Source: Octopus sinensis (taxonomy: Eukaryota). From it: a stretch of DNA of 64,000 nt. The translations under genes and the position numbers were made by a program. The stretch lies in the NCBI RefSeq assembly GCF_006345805.1, contig NC_042998.1, positions 127,534,001-127,598,000 on the forward strand. Reading direction: 5' to 3'. Each line of letters starts with the position of its first letter. The first letter of the stretch is position 1. The notes under the pieces were generated by a model. The model was given only the letters and a program-made list of their open reading frames with translations. It was not told the origin of the DNA and did no database searches. Of this stretch, positions 23,236 through 35,849 are shown one piece after another.

Positions 23236-24859
23236 TAGTTATATATTATTGTTATCATAGCACGATTATGCAGTCATCGTGGGAAAAGCCATGAAAATGG
23301 AGAAAAGAAAATGAGGGGGGGAAATCGTAGATCGTGAATTTGTTATAGAGAGATTATCTGTTGTATTACGTCGGAAGCCAATAAACAGACATAAAAATAT
23401 TATTGACAGCGTTACATATTTTTGAGCTTCCAATAATTGTTTCTAATTTAGGTATAGAACCAGTGATTTCAAGGGAAAGGTTTAATCGATACCATTACAT
23501 CCAGTACTTGACTGACACCCCGGAGGGATGAATGATAATGCTGACTTCGGCAACTTGGAACTCAAAACATAAAAACCACAACTAATATCAAAAAAGCTTT
23601 CCTCCGACGGTCCACCAATTCTGCCAATAATCTTTGTATTTCTCGTTAAACAGATTATATTTCATCTGCTTCGTTAATGCTCCGGAGAGTAAAAAATTTC
23701 CTCACTCGTTAAATCTTCGAGACATTTAAATATAGATATTTATTTATACTTATAGTAAATATCCAAGTATAGATATTTACTAAATAAATTTAAATCTTTT
23801 ATTGTACTTCAGCTGCGAAAGAGTCTAAAAATCTAGTCCAATCCAGGCTCATGTCTTACAAGCTGCTAATACATAGTATAGTTTATTCACTTGACCACTG
23901 AATCCTTACTAAGCACATCACGCTATATGTGTGCAATTTTGCAATATCTGTGATATTCCGTAACATTTGCATATTCAATCAATTTATCATGGAATTAAAG
24001 AAAATTTTTTTACTAACTAGAAAAAAAGAAAATAATGAATTTAGTCATACCACTACACAATTTCACTTGCTCTTCACATTACTCTATGTTTATCAAATAA
24101 TCTTTTCGCCAAATTTTTCTTCGCCACCCCGAACAAAAATAAATAAATGAAAATAAGATTTGGTAATATATATCTTTTTTTTCTTTTCTAGTGATGATAT
24201 TTCAATGAAATGCTATTGTGCGTGTTTTATCTATACAATCTAGGCGCCAGTTGGCATTTTTCCTCTGAAATATCCTTCAAACAGCGAATGAAGAATTTCT
24301 CGTATCAAACGTCGATATGTCTAATTGCGTTAATATACAATTCTCGAAATGATTAAGCCTTTTGTTGATATAACAATGTTATCGCATGTGTGCTATCTCT
24401 TACTATCTTTCCTCTTTGCGGCACTCAGCAAGTTATAAATGAGCCATTTTGTGTGTGGTATGTATGTATGTGTGTACATGTGCGTATGGGATTGTGCGTG
24501 CGCGTGCGCGTGCGCGTGCGCGTGTATTTTGCTTGTATCGGATTTTTTTTTATATACCAAATATCGATAAACTATGCATTGAAGGCATTTGTTGACAAAA
24601 AAGTTCAGATAAGTAAATACATATATATGTGTACATGGTAGGGTGCATCCACATACACATACACATACACACACACATATATGTATGTGAATATGCATGT
24701 TTAGCCCCTTGTGGGCAATAAAGAAATATATATATGTGTGTGTGTGAGTGTGTATTAAAATTGATATATGTACGTGTATATCTATCTGTTTATCTATATA
24801 TCTTTCTGTCTACACACACAGAAATATATATATATATATACATATAAATATGTACACAC

Positions 24860-24896
24860 ACGCACACGCGCACACACACACACACTCACACACACA

Positions 24897-24966
<70 letters not shown>

Positions 24967-24972
24967 ATATAG
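24860..24972. repeat. (CA)n(TA)n microsatellite
   Basis: Directly visible. Confidence 0.95.
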
Positions 24973-26754
24973 TATACTTAATTCATGATTTAGCATATAC
25001 AAACTCACATGTTAAAAATCTTTCACACCGTTCCTTTCTCAATGCCCAGTCTACATTCTTTCACTCAAGTTTGATACATTCTTTTTATAATATATTGGTA
25101 TCAACCATCATATCTCCCTTTCTCTCATAATTTATTACATTCTGTCGCCTTTTTCTCTCTCACTTTCGCTTTCTTTAACTCTATTGCTTTTTAAAACTTT
25201 CTTCTCCAGTCTCACTTTCTCACCATCACTCATTTATTCTTCATATTTAACCACTTCACTCATTTATCTAATTTCTCCGCACATCTCTAGAAGAAAATAA
25301 CATCTAAACACTAAATAATTTTCACTCTCACAATTTGTCCCATCACTTTTTTTCCCCATCCTCAATGCTTCTCTTCCTTCCATACATCTCCTCTTCTCTA
25401 TTTTTCCTTCTTCTTCTTCTTCTTCTTCTTCTTCACTCTTGTTTTCCTCCCGGCTTCTTTACATCGATTCATTCTTCATTCCTACAGCGCCGTCTACTAG
25501 TATACGGCCAGACCTATCATTGAATACATTCAGCAAGTTCACGTGTCATATTCCTATCATTCTTTTATTTTTCTGCCTTTCACTTTTTCCTTATCTTCCG
25601 TTTTCACATTCGCATTTTTCTCTATCACTTCCACGCGAACCTTCACTCATCTTCTACGTACCGCACTCCTGTTTCTCACATGCAGACCCGCACACACACA
25701 TACAGATTCATCACAGCTCTGCTATTAATAATGTCTATTCAAAAAGTCTTTAAGTAAATGCCTGTGCACATACATACACACATGCACACATACACATCCT
25801 CTCTGTCTCTTACTTTCTCTCTCTCTTTCCCTCTCATTGTCCGGTCTTCACTCCTGCAGCTTGCGTTTACCATCACAATTCCATTCAATCATTGTTGTAT
25901 CTCAATTAATGCATGTCACTAAAATTCCTGATCTTTCTTGAACTAATGTATTATTCTAGCGCCAAGATTTTTCAATGAGAATATTGACAACCAATGGACG
26001 TTAACCCTTTAAAGAACAAGCGTAATAATTATGCGTAACTTAAGTTCATGAAAGCAAGTGCATCAGGAAAGAAAGGTGGATGGGTGTACTCCATTAAATG
26101 GAGTCTAGTACTTGACTAGTACTTAACTGAAAAAACTAAGATGATATTATGGAGAAAGTTCAGCTCTGGGTGCATAGCAGTGTAACGAAATGCTTTACTG
26201 TTTCTACCAATAACCATCTTTTCGAAAACTCATAATATAGATTTCTCCTTTCGGTTGGTAATTAACTTTGATTTAAACCGCAAAATCAGTTACTTTAGTG
26301 AGAAGGGTATACGTTATTAAATACACTCTAGTATTTGACTGCTACTTATTTGATCGAACCGTGAAGGATGAAACAACTAGTTGAGTTTAACGGCTCTACT
26401 AAATTTAACCGTTCTACCAATACCCTTCCCAAAACTATTTTCTATAGGTAGGGAACTAAAGACATATTTTAAGTGAAATGGTGAAGTATAACAGTTATGT
26501 CATTTTACATTATGTTTTACATAGATCCTGTATCATGTGAGTCAATATGACTATTTGACGTAAGAAGAAGTTAACTGTGGGAGGTTGAATTATTTAGTAA
26601 CACTAAGATATTAGTTGGAGAAACATTTATAGATTGTTAAAGCACAAATATTTTATAAAAACATTTGTAACATGTTTGGATGTTTGCGATATTGCTTTAT
26701 ACGTTTTAAAGAATTATGGAGGACATAAATATTGGCTTTAAATTTTAGTACATG

Positions 26755-26920
26755 GCCAACAATTTCGGGGGAGGGAGCTAGTCGATAGCATCAACCCCAA
26801 TGTTATTTTATCGAGACCCCGAAATGATGAAAGGCAAAATAGACCTCGGCGGAATTTGAACTCAGAACGTAAAGATGGATCAAATGCCGCTAACCATTTT
26901 AGCGATTCTGCTAGCTCGCC
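26755..26920 (-). mobile_element. tRNA-derived SINE
   Basis: Minus strand: ggcgagctagcagaatcgctaa (A-box-like), ctgagttcaaattccgccgaggtc (B-box), tttgcctttcatc body. Confidence 0.75.
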
Positions 26921-27577
26921 GACTTATGAACGATAACTATTCTGCCAGTTTGCCGGTTTATGAAAGACATAGATATTACAAATAAGTATCCTTGAGGTGA
27001 GTTATTTTCTTTGGATTGTTGTTTGTCATAGTAAGAGGTGATAGAAGGGAACAGATGTGCAAATTGGAAATCCGTTCGAAAAGTTCCTGCTTTGGCATCA
27101 TAAGCGATCATAAAGCGGATAGTTATGAAATGCTGGAAAGTGAGCTTTTAGTGAATTAAAACTAAAGAGAGAAATAAGATACATTAAAAATGTTTTTGGT
27201 TATAATTAATGAATACAATGATTCTTAAAACATAACGGACTGAAAGGTAAAATAATATGCAAGATTGTTTAGTATATAAAATAACAGTGTCTATTACAAG
27301 TGCAAACCGAAGAACTAAATGGAGAGTTACTGAGTATCCATAGTAAATAGCTAAGTATTGTTCTGTTCAGTCGAAGGATTGGTGATATGATAAGGGTGTC
27401 ATATATAGTTTTATTAACAATCTTATAATAATAATATAAGATGATATAAGATGATAGAATATTAAATGTCCATTCTGATTGAATTAGTATTTTCATGCAT
27501 TAAAATATGCAGTCTTCAGGTTCATCTAGTAGTAGTGATAGTTATGCTTTAAAATTTACAACTGTGGCGAGATGGCT

Positions 27578-27628
<51 letters not shown>

Positions 27629-27639
27629 ATATATATATA

Positions 27640-27751
27640 CAGGGGTTGGACAAAATATTGGAAACACCTTATTTTCATATGGGGTAGGACCACTTTTGGC
27701 ATTAATTACCGCTTGAATTCTACGAGGTATGCACTCGTACACGGTTTGCAT
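27640..27751 (-). mobile_element. Tc1 transposon 3' end (TIR plus transposase C-terminus)
   Basis: TA|CAGGGGTTGGACAAAATA terminus at a (TA)n site; minus frame MQTVYECIPRRIQAVINAKSGPTPY matches the Tc1 C-terminal motif MPRRIQAVIxAKGGxTKY. Confidence 0.85.
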
Positions 27752-28072
27752 TGATCAAAACTAAGATCAAAACTAAAATCAAAACTAAAATCACAGATGA
27801 CAAAAAGAGAAACGAACACGCATTCCAGCGAGAAAAGTATCTAAAATAACCGTTAACAGATATGGATGTGTAAACGCCCTAGAGTAAGCTGCATGGTGCG
27901 AGTACTCTCGCGCATAAAAGCATCCGCAAAAATGTAAGCAGACGCACGCGTGAGATTTGATGCACTCATGATCACAAAGCGAGTTAGCTGTCTACTTGGT
28001 GCGTTTAAGAACGGGGAAGTTAAAAGTAAACTTAGGTCATCCATACCTTAAAGTATATTAAGATACCGGTTA

Positions 28073-28475
28073 TTCAAAATTCATTCTCACTGCATTGTGC
28101 GAAAGTATAATTATATGCGTGTAGGCATCTCGAGAGTCGTTCAGAATTTCTACTAATGATCTTCTCGTTTGTCCACAGAATATATTGCGATCCCTCGGAG
28201 CAGAGTCGGCAACTCCTGTAAATTATATTGTATGGTTTCGTGTATCTTACTATGGATCAATTAATGCTATACTTCATTGTACCCTCCTTCAGTCGCCATA
28301 CAAAATCTGACAATGATGTTGATTGTCTCTTGGTGACTGTCTTAAAGCTGGCAACATGGTTACTATAACGATTCTTAAATGAATCAGCCGCCTGCCCAAT
28401 GTAAACATACGGCCCTCCCTTTCTGTGCACGGTGCATTTATATAGAAGATTCGTACTCATACAGAGATTCATCAA
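28073..28475 (-). pseudogene. PLE GIY-YIG endonuclease remnant
   Basis: YIGQ motif plus CxxC...CxH; in-frame TGA at 28257-28259 where a Trp is expected. Confidence 0.8.
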
Positions 28476-29772
28476 AGGACATTTTGATTTTTCTCTGCAT
28501 GAGCATTTATCGTATGTGTATATAAGGTAGCCACGACTCTATTTACTGACGTTGTTACTGTGTTAGCTGTATCATAAGTATTTCTACAACTACAAATTCG
28601 TCGTAGCTGGTGTTTATCATTGCGGTTTACATCTACTTGGTTGGTATTTACATATAAATGTTGGATAGATCTAGTAGGTGGGTTATTGAACCTTTGCCGT
28701 ATTTTGCTATTGTTTATGCGATGCATAAGCTACTCTGAATTAGCAGAGTTTGCGTAGGATACCTTCACTGTATGTCGATTAAAAATAGCATGATACCGAC
28801 TGGAAAGTAGCAAAAAAATTCCAGCGAGCTTGGTTGAAATATGCAAACCGAAAGTCGTTTGAACCAGAGGACATCCTGATTCCTATATCTGTTAGGTTAA
28901 TTTATTTAGTGTGTTGTACAGGATTGGAACAAACAGTTGGATTATTATGTCGCGTATGTCTATGAGTTTTCGTTGGTACTTCCTGGCCTGTATTCTTTAT
29001 CTGGGTGACTTTTCAAACCGTAACATTCTGGCGGTATACAATGTACATCATGGTTGAAGAAATCACTAGTGTTGTGTATGCCTGCTACTTATATATATTG
29101 AATTTTTTCATGGTACCCAACCCTAGCTAGAGCAGCAACATAAGATGCATGTGATTCGAAAATCTAATTATTAGCGAATAATCTATTAATTCTTAACTAG
29201 TCCCTGTATAATCGAGGGTGGATGGTTGGATGCTACGTTAATGTACTTAATATGACCATTTGGCTTATGAAATGGTTCAAATAATCCAGTGTCAAGTCAG
29301 AAGGTAGCGTCAAGAAAATTCACTCTTCGATAATCTTTACCCATAGTAATGTTTAGTCCTCAATTTTTGAAAAGTTTAAAGAAAATTTTCCTATGCCTTT
29401 CTAACTGTACTTTACTACTTCTGACCAGAAAAAATAAGACATCATATCTATATAGACCCCATGTTACTTCCGTAAAGGAAGACTGGATAAATGTAAGGAT
29501 ATATATTCCGATTACGTCACTGGCCTAGACAGAATCATATGAGCCTATTGCTATATCAAATATACTCCATATCTAATCTACTTCATAATCTGCCATCAAA
29601 ATCTACTACAGTGGCTCGCGCGGCAAGTATATTATCTATTTCGCATCAGGAGAAATCGGAATTATTCATACTAAAAATCAGTGCTTGATTAAGAACGATC
29701 GGGTTGATAGTGGCATAATAGCTCTCTATATCTAGTTACAATAATTTACTATTTTTACTAATTTCTAGAAGC

Positions 29773-30330
29773 TTAAACCATACAACAACCTCTTGGGTAT
29801 CCGACCAGAGGGTCAATTTTTATTTTAGACTTAAGGACAGGTATTGCCCAATCAATGATTGTTTTTTTTTTACTAATAATGCCTATATCGGATTTAGATG
29901 GAGAAATCAGTCTTAGTGAGGGGTCGAAAAGAATGTTAGGTTTATGGTCCTTAGGCATGATCCAGGATTTTCGAGGGACGTAGGGTTCGGTTCTATTATC
30001 TATGGCTAGATATCTGACGATTTGTAGCCCTATATTATTAATTCTTTTGAATACGTCGTTACTAGCGTGTTTATATTGGCTGCGTAATTCCTTCCTAATC
30101 ATAGACTTATATAGCTCAATATCAATAACATAAATATTACTTGTTTTGTCCGCTTGTACAAGTATCCCCGGAGCTTTCTTGAAGTCGACAAGTAATTTAC
30201 TAATTTTCTGCTGATGTATATTACACCTACTAAGGTACTTCCTGAACATCATGTTCTTGACTATACTATATGATTCTTCTTCAAATCTGGTTAGGTGTCG
30301 GTTAATCAGTAGGTTCCTTCTAGATTTCAA
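29773..30330 (-). pseudogene. PLE reverse-transcriptase N-terminal fragment (185-aa ORF)
   Basis: Track ORF with the DKT.N.Y and KDHK motifs typical of PLE RTs; downstream frames are disrupted. Confidence 0.8.
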
Positions 30331-31999
30331 TACTTTCCTTAGTAGGTCACCATGTCCAGGTTTGGTTTAAGCTCCTTGTCGAAAACGAAAGCCTTCCACT
30401 GCATTCTACGTACAAATTGGTTCGTGTTCTTCAAAAGATCACGTGTATAATCCTTCCTACAGAGTATAGGTATGTCCTTTAGCGAAACACTCAGTGTTAT
30501 TTTATCCATCATCTTGGTACGCTACCGTATAGCACCTTTCTCCAGGAAATCGGAAATCGGAAATTAGTTGTGGTTAAGGGATAATAAAACGATTGGTTTT
30601 CACCTGGCAGCTTACTGGTAAATGACGGTTACTTTCACAGTGATCATTAGGTATATGGCAAACGAAAGGCGGAAGATGGAATATACGAGAAGTTATTATT
30701 AATCACGGCAATTCTTTCGACACATCTAGCTTTAATTCCTCATCGGTGGGACGCCCAACAACTGGTTCAGGAGCATCCGGTGATGCAGATATATCTCATC
30801 GGGTGATAAATAGATACAACTCGTTAAAATGACTGTTCTGCCATGCAAGTAGAGAGAAAAGCAGCCAGACGGAGGAAATATCTTCATTTATATAGAAAAT
30901 TGAAAATAAAATCACAAACGACAAAAAGAGAAACAAAGATACAATCCAGCGAGAAAAGTATTAAATAACCGTTAACAGATATGGATGTATAAACGCACTC
31001 GGGCAAGCTGTATGGTGCAAGTACACTCGCTCATACAAGCATCTACAAAAATGTGAGCATATGCACACGTGCGGTTTGGTGTACGCATGATCACAAACCG
31101 AGTTAGCTATCTACTTGGTGATTATAAGAATGAGAAGGTTAAAAGATAGATAGATATACACATCATATAGATAGATAGATAGATAAACATATATACACAT
31201 ACACACACTCCCATACAGACGTGCACACACATGCACACACACGCGCCCACACACACTCATATACGAACGCATATACAAAGAGTTATGCCCCGTTGAACTG
31301 TTTTAATTTATATTGTAATAATGTAAGCAAAAATAATGAAAACCAAAACCGCTGCTCAGTAAATGTACAAATTAAATATGGACGTACACACGCATACAAT
31401 AGATCATACTAAAATAAAATTAAAATAAAATAAATTGCAGAAATATTAGTAAAAGATAGATATAGAAAAAAGAAAAACAAATATAATTTTTTTAAAATAT
31501 GCCTAGGAAGTAGTCATTGAAAAGGCGGAGAACTGCTATGGAAAGAAATCAGTATAGATATTAATATAAGTAACTGTATAGACTTCAAAAAATATAGATA
31601 TCAGTGAAATCATTATATCGTTGGCAGGTATGACAGTTATACGAATGTATACCTTTTCAAAGTACAGACATTTAGTCTCATTACCATGGAAATATTTTTC
31701 TGTAGACGTAATTCAACTCTTCAGTTGTTTCTTCTTCGTCATTAGTTTATACTTTTTGTTTTTTCCCCTTTATTTTCTTTGGCCGGTGTCTCTTTTTTTA
31801 TATTTATAACATTGACCAAAAGATAAAATGTGTGGATTTCCATTTACTACAAATCCGATTTCAGTAGAAATGAAATGTGTATTCAAACAGTTTCGTTCTT
31901 AGGTCATGCCTCTCTTTTTAAAAGATCATCCGTTTGCGTGTATGTGCGTGTGTGTTTGAGTGGGTGTATGCACAAGATACTATATATATCATTTAGCTT

Positions 32000-32230
32000 T
32001 TATCTTCTACTTGTTTCAGTCATTTGACTGCGACCATGCTGGGGCACCGCCTTGAATTTTCACTCGAATGAATCAACTCCATTATTTATATTTTAAGCCT
32101 GGTACTTATTCTATCAGTCTCTTTTGCCGGACTGCTAAGTTACTGGGATGTAAGCACACCAACACTGGTTCTGAAGCAGTGATAGGGTGGGGGACAAACA
32201 CAGACACAAAGACACACGCACAAACACACA
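32000..32230 (-). mobile_element. SINE 3' half
   Basis: cttgtttcagtcatttgactgcgaccatgctggggcaccgcc is the reverse complement of the tail of the 55159 SINE. Confidence 0.75.
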
Positions 32231-32260
32231 CACGCACGTAAATACACAACACACACACAC

Positions 32261-32915
32261 AACTGAACCGCAAAAGAAAGAGATTTTTTCAAGTGTTATT
32301 TTTAAATGGTAAATTCTGAAAATTTATTTCGGGGATGTAAGGGTTTATGTCTGAGACCCAAATTGCAGATAACCTTTCAACTTTCCCTGAAACGAGATGC
32401 CAAAGACGCAGTTGCGCTGAATGCCGTGGGTAGCAGTCACAAACAATTGTTATGAAAACCGAAATGCTCGTGCATCTCGTGGGGGCTCTAAGTATCAAAT
32501 TCAACTTGAATCGCGCTCCTGGCATTCGAAATTTGGACGCATCATGTATGTCCCGGTTGTCAGCTGCGCAGAGATAACAAGCTATCGGCCGATTGCAAGC
32601 AGGGTAGCGTGCCTTGGTTGTTGCGAAAGCTTACAATGTCCATGTCAGCACCATATATCCCGTGCAACAGTGATACAGCAACACCAACAGCACTTCGGGC
32701 CGTGCCGCAGAGAGCGTCTGCGGGTGACCACGCTCAGGCAGGATCACTTCATCCACCTGCAACACCTCAGTGATTGCTTCAGACCGGCCAGCGTGACATT
32801 TCGCGAAACCATTGGCACTGGACAGCGACCCATCAGTGACGACACGGTATGACGTCGACTGGGTGTTAACAACCTGCGTTGCCGTCGTCTTGCTCAAGGG
32901 CCTGACCTCACCACT
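32261..32915 (+). mobile_element. Tc1 transposon 5' part (left end plus HTH region), pseudogenised
   Basis: Left-end-like actgaaccgcaaaagaaa; from ATG 32548: MSRLSAAQR*QAIGRLQAG*RALVVAKAYNVHVSTI...RVTTLRQDHFIHLQHL...ISDDTV*RRL..NLRCRR, a Tc1 N-terminal pattern. Confidence 0.85.
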
Positions 32916-32978
32916 CTAGTGGAGTTAAATATTACTTTATCTACGAATACAATCTTTCCAATTTTGAAGCGAATATCA

Positions 32979-32982
<4 letters not shown>

Positions 32983-33040
<58 letters not shown>
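32983..33040. repeat. (TA)n microsatellite
   Basis: Directly visible. Confidence 0.95.
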
Positions 33041-33041
<1 letters not shown>

Positions 33042-33043
<2 letters not shown>

Positions 33044-33408
33044 TGACTATGTGTTACGTTCCAAAGAGTTACATCACACTGTAAAAATATGAAAAGTACA
33101 TGCAGTATTACCCATTATAATAGGTATATCATATCTCGCTGAGAAAGTGTATTTTTGGGGATGTAAGTCTACACATTTCAAGAGATGCTAGTTTATAGCT
33201 GAGACCCAAATTGCAGGTGACCTTTTAACTTCCCTTGAAACGAGACGCAAAAAACTGCGTTGAATGCCGTGGGTGACAGTCACAAACAATTGTCATGAAA
33301 ACCAAAATGCTCGTGCATCTCAGGGAGATATGATATACCTAATAGAATGGGTAATACTATATGTACTTTTCATATATTTTACAGTGTGATGTAACTCTTT
33401 AGAATAAC
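33042..33408. mobile_element. MITE with about 75-bp inverted arms enclosing a copy of the neighbouring Tc1 5' region
   Basis: Arms 33063-33137 and 33325-33400 are near-perfect reverse complements; interior 33151-33321 aligns to 32325-32478. Confidence 0.8.
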
Positions 33409-33415
33409 AATGTAT

Positions 33416-33507
33416 GCGGCTGAAGAGAGCTTTAAACCATCTTTTATATCTATTATACGATGATGTAATGAACAGGTCGTTTATAAAGCTTGAAACACGT
33501 GTACCGC
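33416..33507 (+). ncRNA. Type-I hammerhead ribozyme, all core residues intact
   Basis: Stem I GCGG(33416-19)/CCGC(33504-07); CUGAAGA 33420-26; stem II GAGCUUUA(33427-34)/UAAAGCUU(33484-91); GAA 33492-94; palindromic stem III ACACGUGU 33495-33502; predicted cleavage after GUA at A33503. Confidence 0.8.
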
Positions 33508-33619
33508 GATATCCTTTGTGTTCTGTTTTTGATTTTATTTGATATATTCTCTCTTACCTCTGCCACTATCTGGCGTATACAGGTGCTTACATTCATCAAG
33601 TATTCACCCTAAATTTGCA

Positions 33620-34110
<491 letters not shown>

Positions 34111-34170
34111 TATAATACCTACATGCATATATGTATACGTATGATTGTATATATATAAGTATATAAGTAC

Positions 34171-34205
<35 letters not shown>

Positions 34206-34749
34206 TGTATGTATGTATATTTGTGATAAGACATAAGTCATTATAAATAGTTGAGAGGATATTTATTGTTCTAAAAATGGTACAAATTAAAGCGCTATTG
34301 TTTAGTTATCTCGGGATATGTAGTTCAAAAGCCGGTCTAGTCAAACCGGATGGCAGTATAAACGGCTGATAATTTGACAAGCTATTCTGCAATTCCTACC
34401 CAGTGGTGGAAAACGGAAAATGACTGGGCTCTGAATGTTAATGAAACAATGGGAATGGGTAGAAAAGCTGTAGTGAGATGCTGTGGAATATGAATAAATG
34501 ATACAGAAATATAGACGAGCTTCATAATAGTCTCTTAACCGGTATATATTTAAAGATATTGTTCAATCACTCATTTTGACTCCGTGTGAGTGTATTTGCG
34601 TGCGTTTCTGTGTGTATATAAATATGCACTCGTCACATACATACATACTTTACATGCATGCATATACATGCACATATATATCTATAACTACATCTATCTA
34701 TCGACCTATCACTTATCTATCTATCTATCTATCTGTCTATATATATATA

Positions 34750-35030
34750 TCATCATCATCATCATCGTTATCCTCCTCATCGTCGGTTTTCTATGCTAGC
34801 ATGGATTGGACTGTTCGACTGGGGTCTGGGAAGCCAAAAGCCTGCACCAGGCTCCAGTTTGATCTGGCAGTGTTTCTACAGCTGGATTCCCTTCCTAACG
34901 CTAACCCCTCCGTCAATGTAGCGGGCGCTTTTTACGTGCCATCGGCACAGGAGCCGGAGGAGGCTGGCAACGGCCACGATCGGTTGGTGATTTGTACGTG
35001 CCACTAGCACGGAAGCCAGTCAAGGTAGCG
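34750..35030 (-). mobile_element. Retroelement 3' end with (GAT)n tail (RTE-like or RTE-dependent)
   Basis: (CAT)n tract at 34750-34780 followed by a GC-rich block (gtttctacagctggattcccttcctaacgc; internal duplication tttacgtgcca..ggcac). Family recalled, not verified. Confidence 0.5.
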
Positions 35031-35532
35031 CTGGCATCATATATATTAATTTCTGTTTTGAGGGATATATTATCCGGGCAGATATTGAGGTGGATCTGTG
35101 TTACGTTCCATGTTAAGGTTTACCGCATCGATTACTATTTAAAGTCTATGATTACTATGGGTTGTCACACACGTTGAAAATTCCTCCTCTGGGAAATTCA
35201 TGCTCAGTTCGAGACTAGCTGGTAGACAAATGAAACTGCAGAGAAAACTATGCCCGTTTGCACGTGCAACTGCCTATACTTTCTGTAGTGGAAACACATG
35301 TAGGTCGTAAAAACCATAAAGATATGCTGTATGAAATTGTAAAATAGAAGGAAATAAATTTTGAGGATGTACAAGTCTCCATATTCTTTATCGTTATAAA
35401 TATTGCTTATATATGTATAAATAAAAGTAAAGATCTCTCTTTCGGACATAAATGAACGTGGGATTGCAAAGTTGTTTATGGAAGACCAGCAGTCGCCCAT
35501 GTATACCAACATCCTTTGTTTAAGAACATAAC

Positions 35533-35600
35533 ACACAGTTCGGTCCGGGAATTGAACTGACTACCTCATGATTGTGAGCCCGACGCTCTAACCACTGTGC
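35533..35600 (-). mobile_element. tRNA-like SINE head
   Basis: Minus strand: catggcacagtggttagagcgtcgg (A-box) and cagttcaattcccgg (B-box). Confidence 0.6.
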
Positions 35601-35849
35601 CATGTACCTTTACAGTATGTGTGTGCGCACGCTTGTGCGCATGTGTGTGTATGTATTCACGTCTGAATGCATACACATACGTAGAGAAATAGATATGTAC
35701 ATACATACAAACATACATAGGTAGCTGATAAACTAAATAAAATGCAATTTGAGCCATAAATCTATCTAAAAACATGTATAAATATTTGACCGACACATAG
35801 TTTTCTGCACAGTAGAAAGACGTCATGTCCAGATAAATAACACTAACAT

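Larger units (their letters stand above)
27752..31145 (-). mobile_element. Penelope-like element with C-terminal GIY-YIG, bracketed by direct pseudo-LTRs
   Basis: RT-region motifs ADKTSNIY, KDHKPN and RLISPSKSDIGIISK (29773-30330); IFNRHTVKVSY near 28770; endonuclease LYKC...YIGQA..FKNRYSNH (28257-28475) continuing past a TGA into KPY..SCRLC....NSERLSRCLH (CCHH motif) to about 28073; direct repeats 27783-28045 and 30903-31145. Confidence 0.85.
27783..31145. repeat. About 250-bp direct repeat pair (27783-28045 and 30903-31145), pseudo-LTRs
   Basis: Shared segments acaaaaagagaaac, ccagcgagaaaagtat, aataaccgttaacagatatggatgt, catgatcacaaa and gagttagct.tctacttggtg; roughly 80% identity by eye. 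Confidence 0.85.

Noticed and set aside
26990-27003. Perfect donor GAG|GTGAGT on the plus strand
   Set aside because: No convincing open upstream exon with a good acceptor.
28257-28259. In-frame TGA in the PLE endonuclease as selenocysteine (as in some Naiad PLEs)
   Set aside because: The position corresponds to a conserved Trp (TGG to TGA), the element is otherwise decayed, and the domain order is RT then EN, unlike Naiads.
35060-35115. GYIIRADIEVDLCYVP resembling Polinton DNA polymerase GYILEVDLEYP
   Set aside because: Stops immediately after, with no other polymerase motifs nearby.
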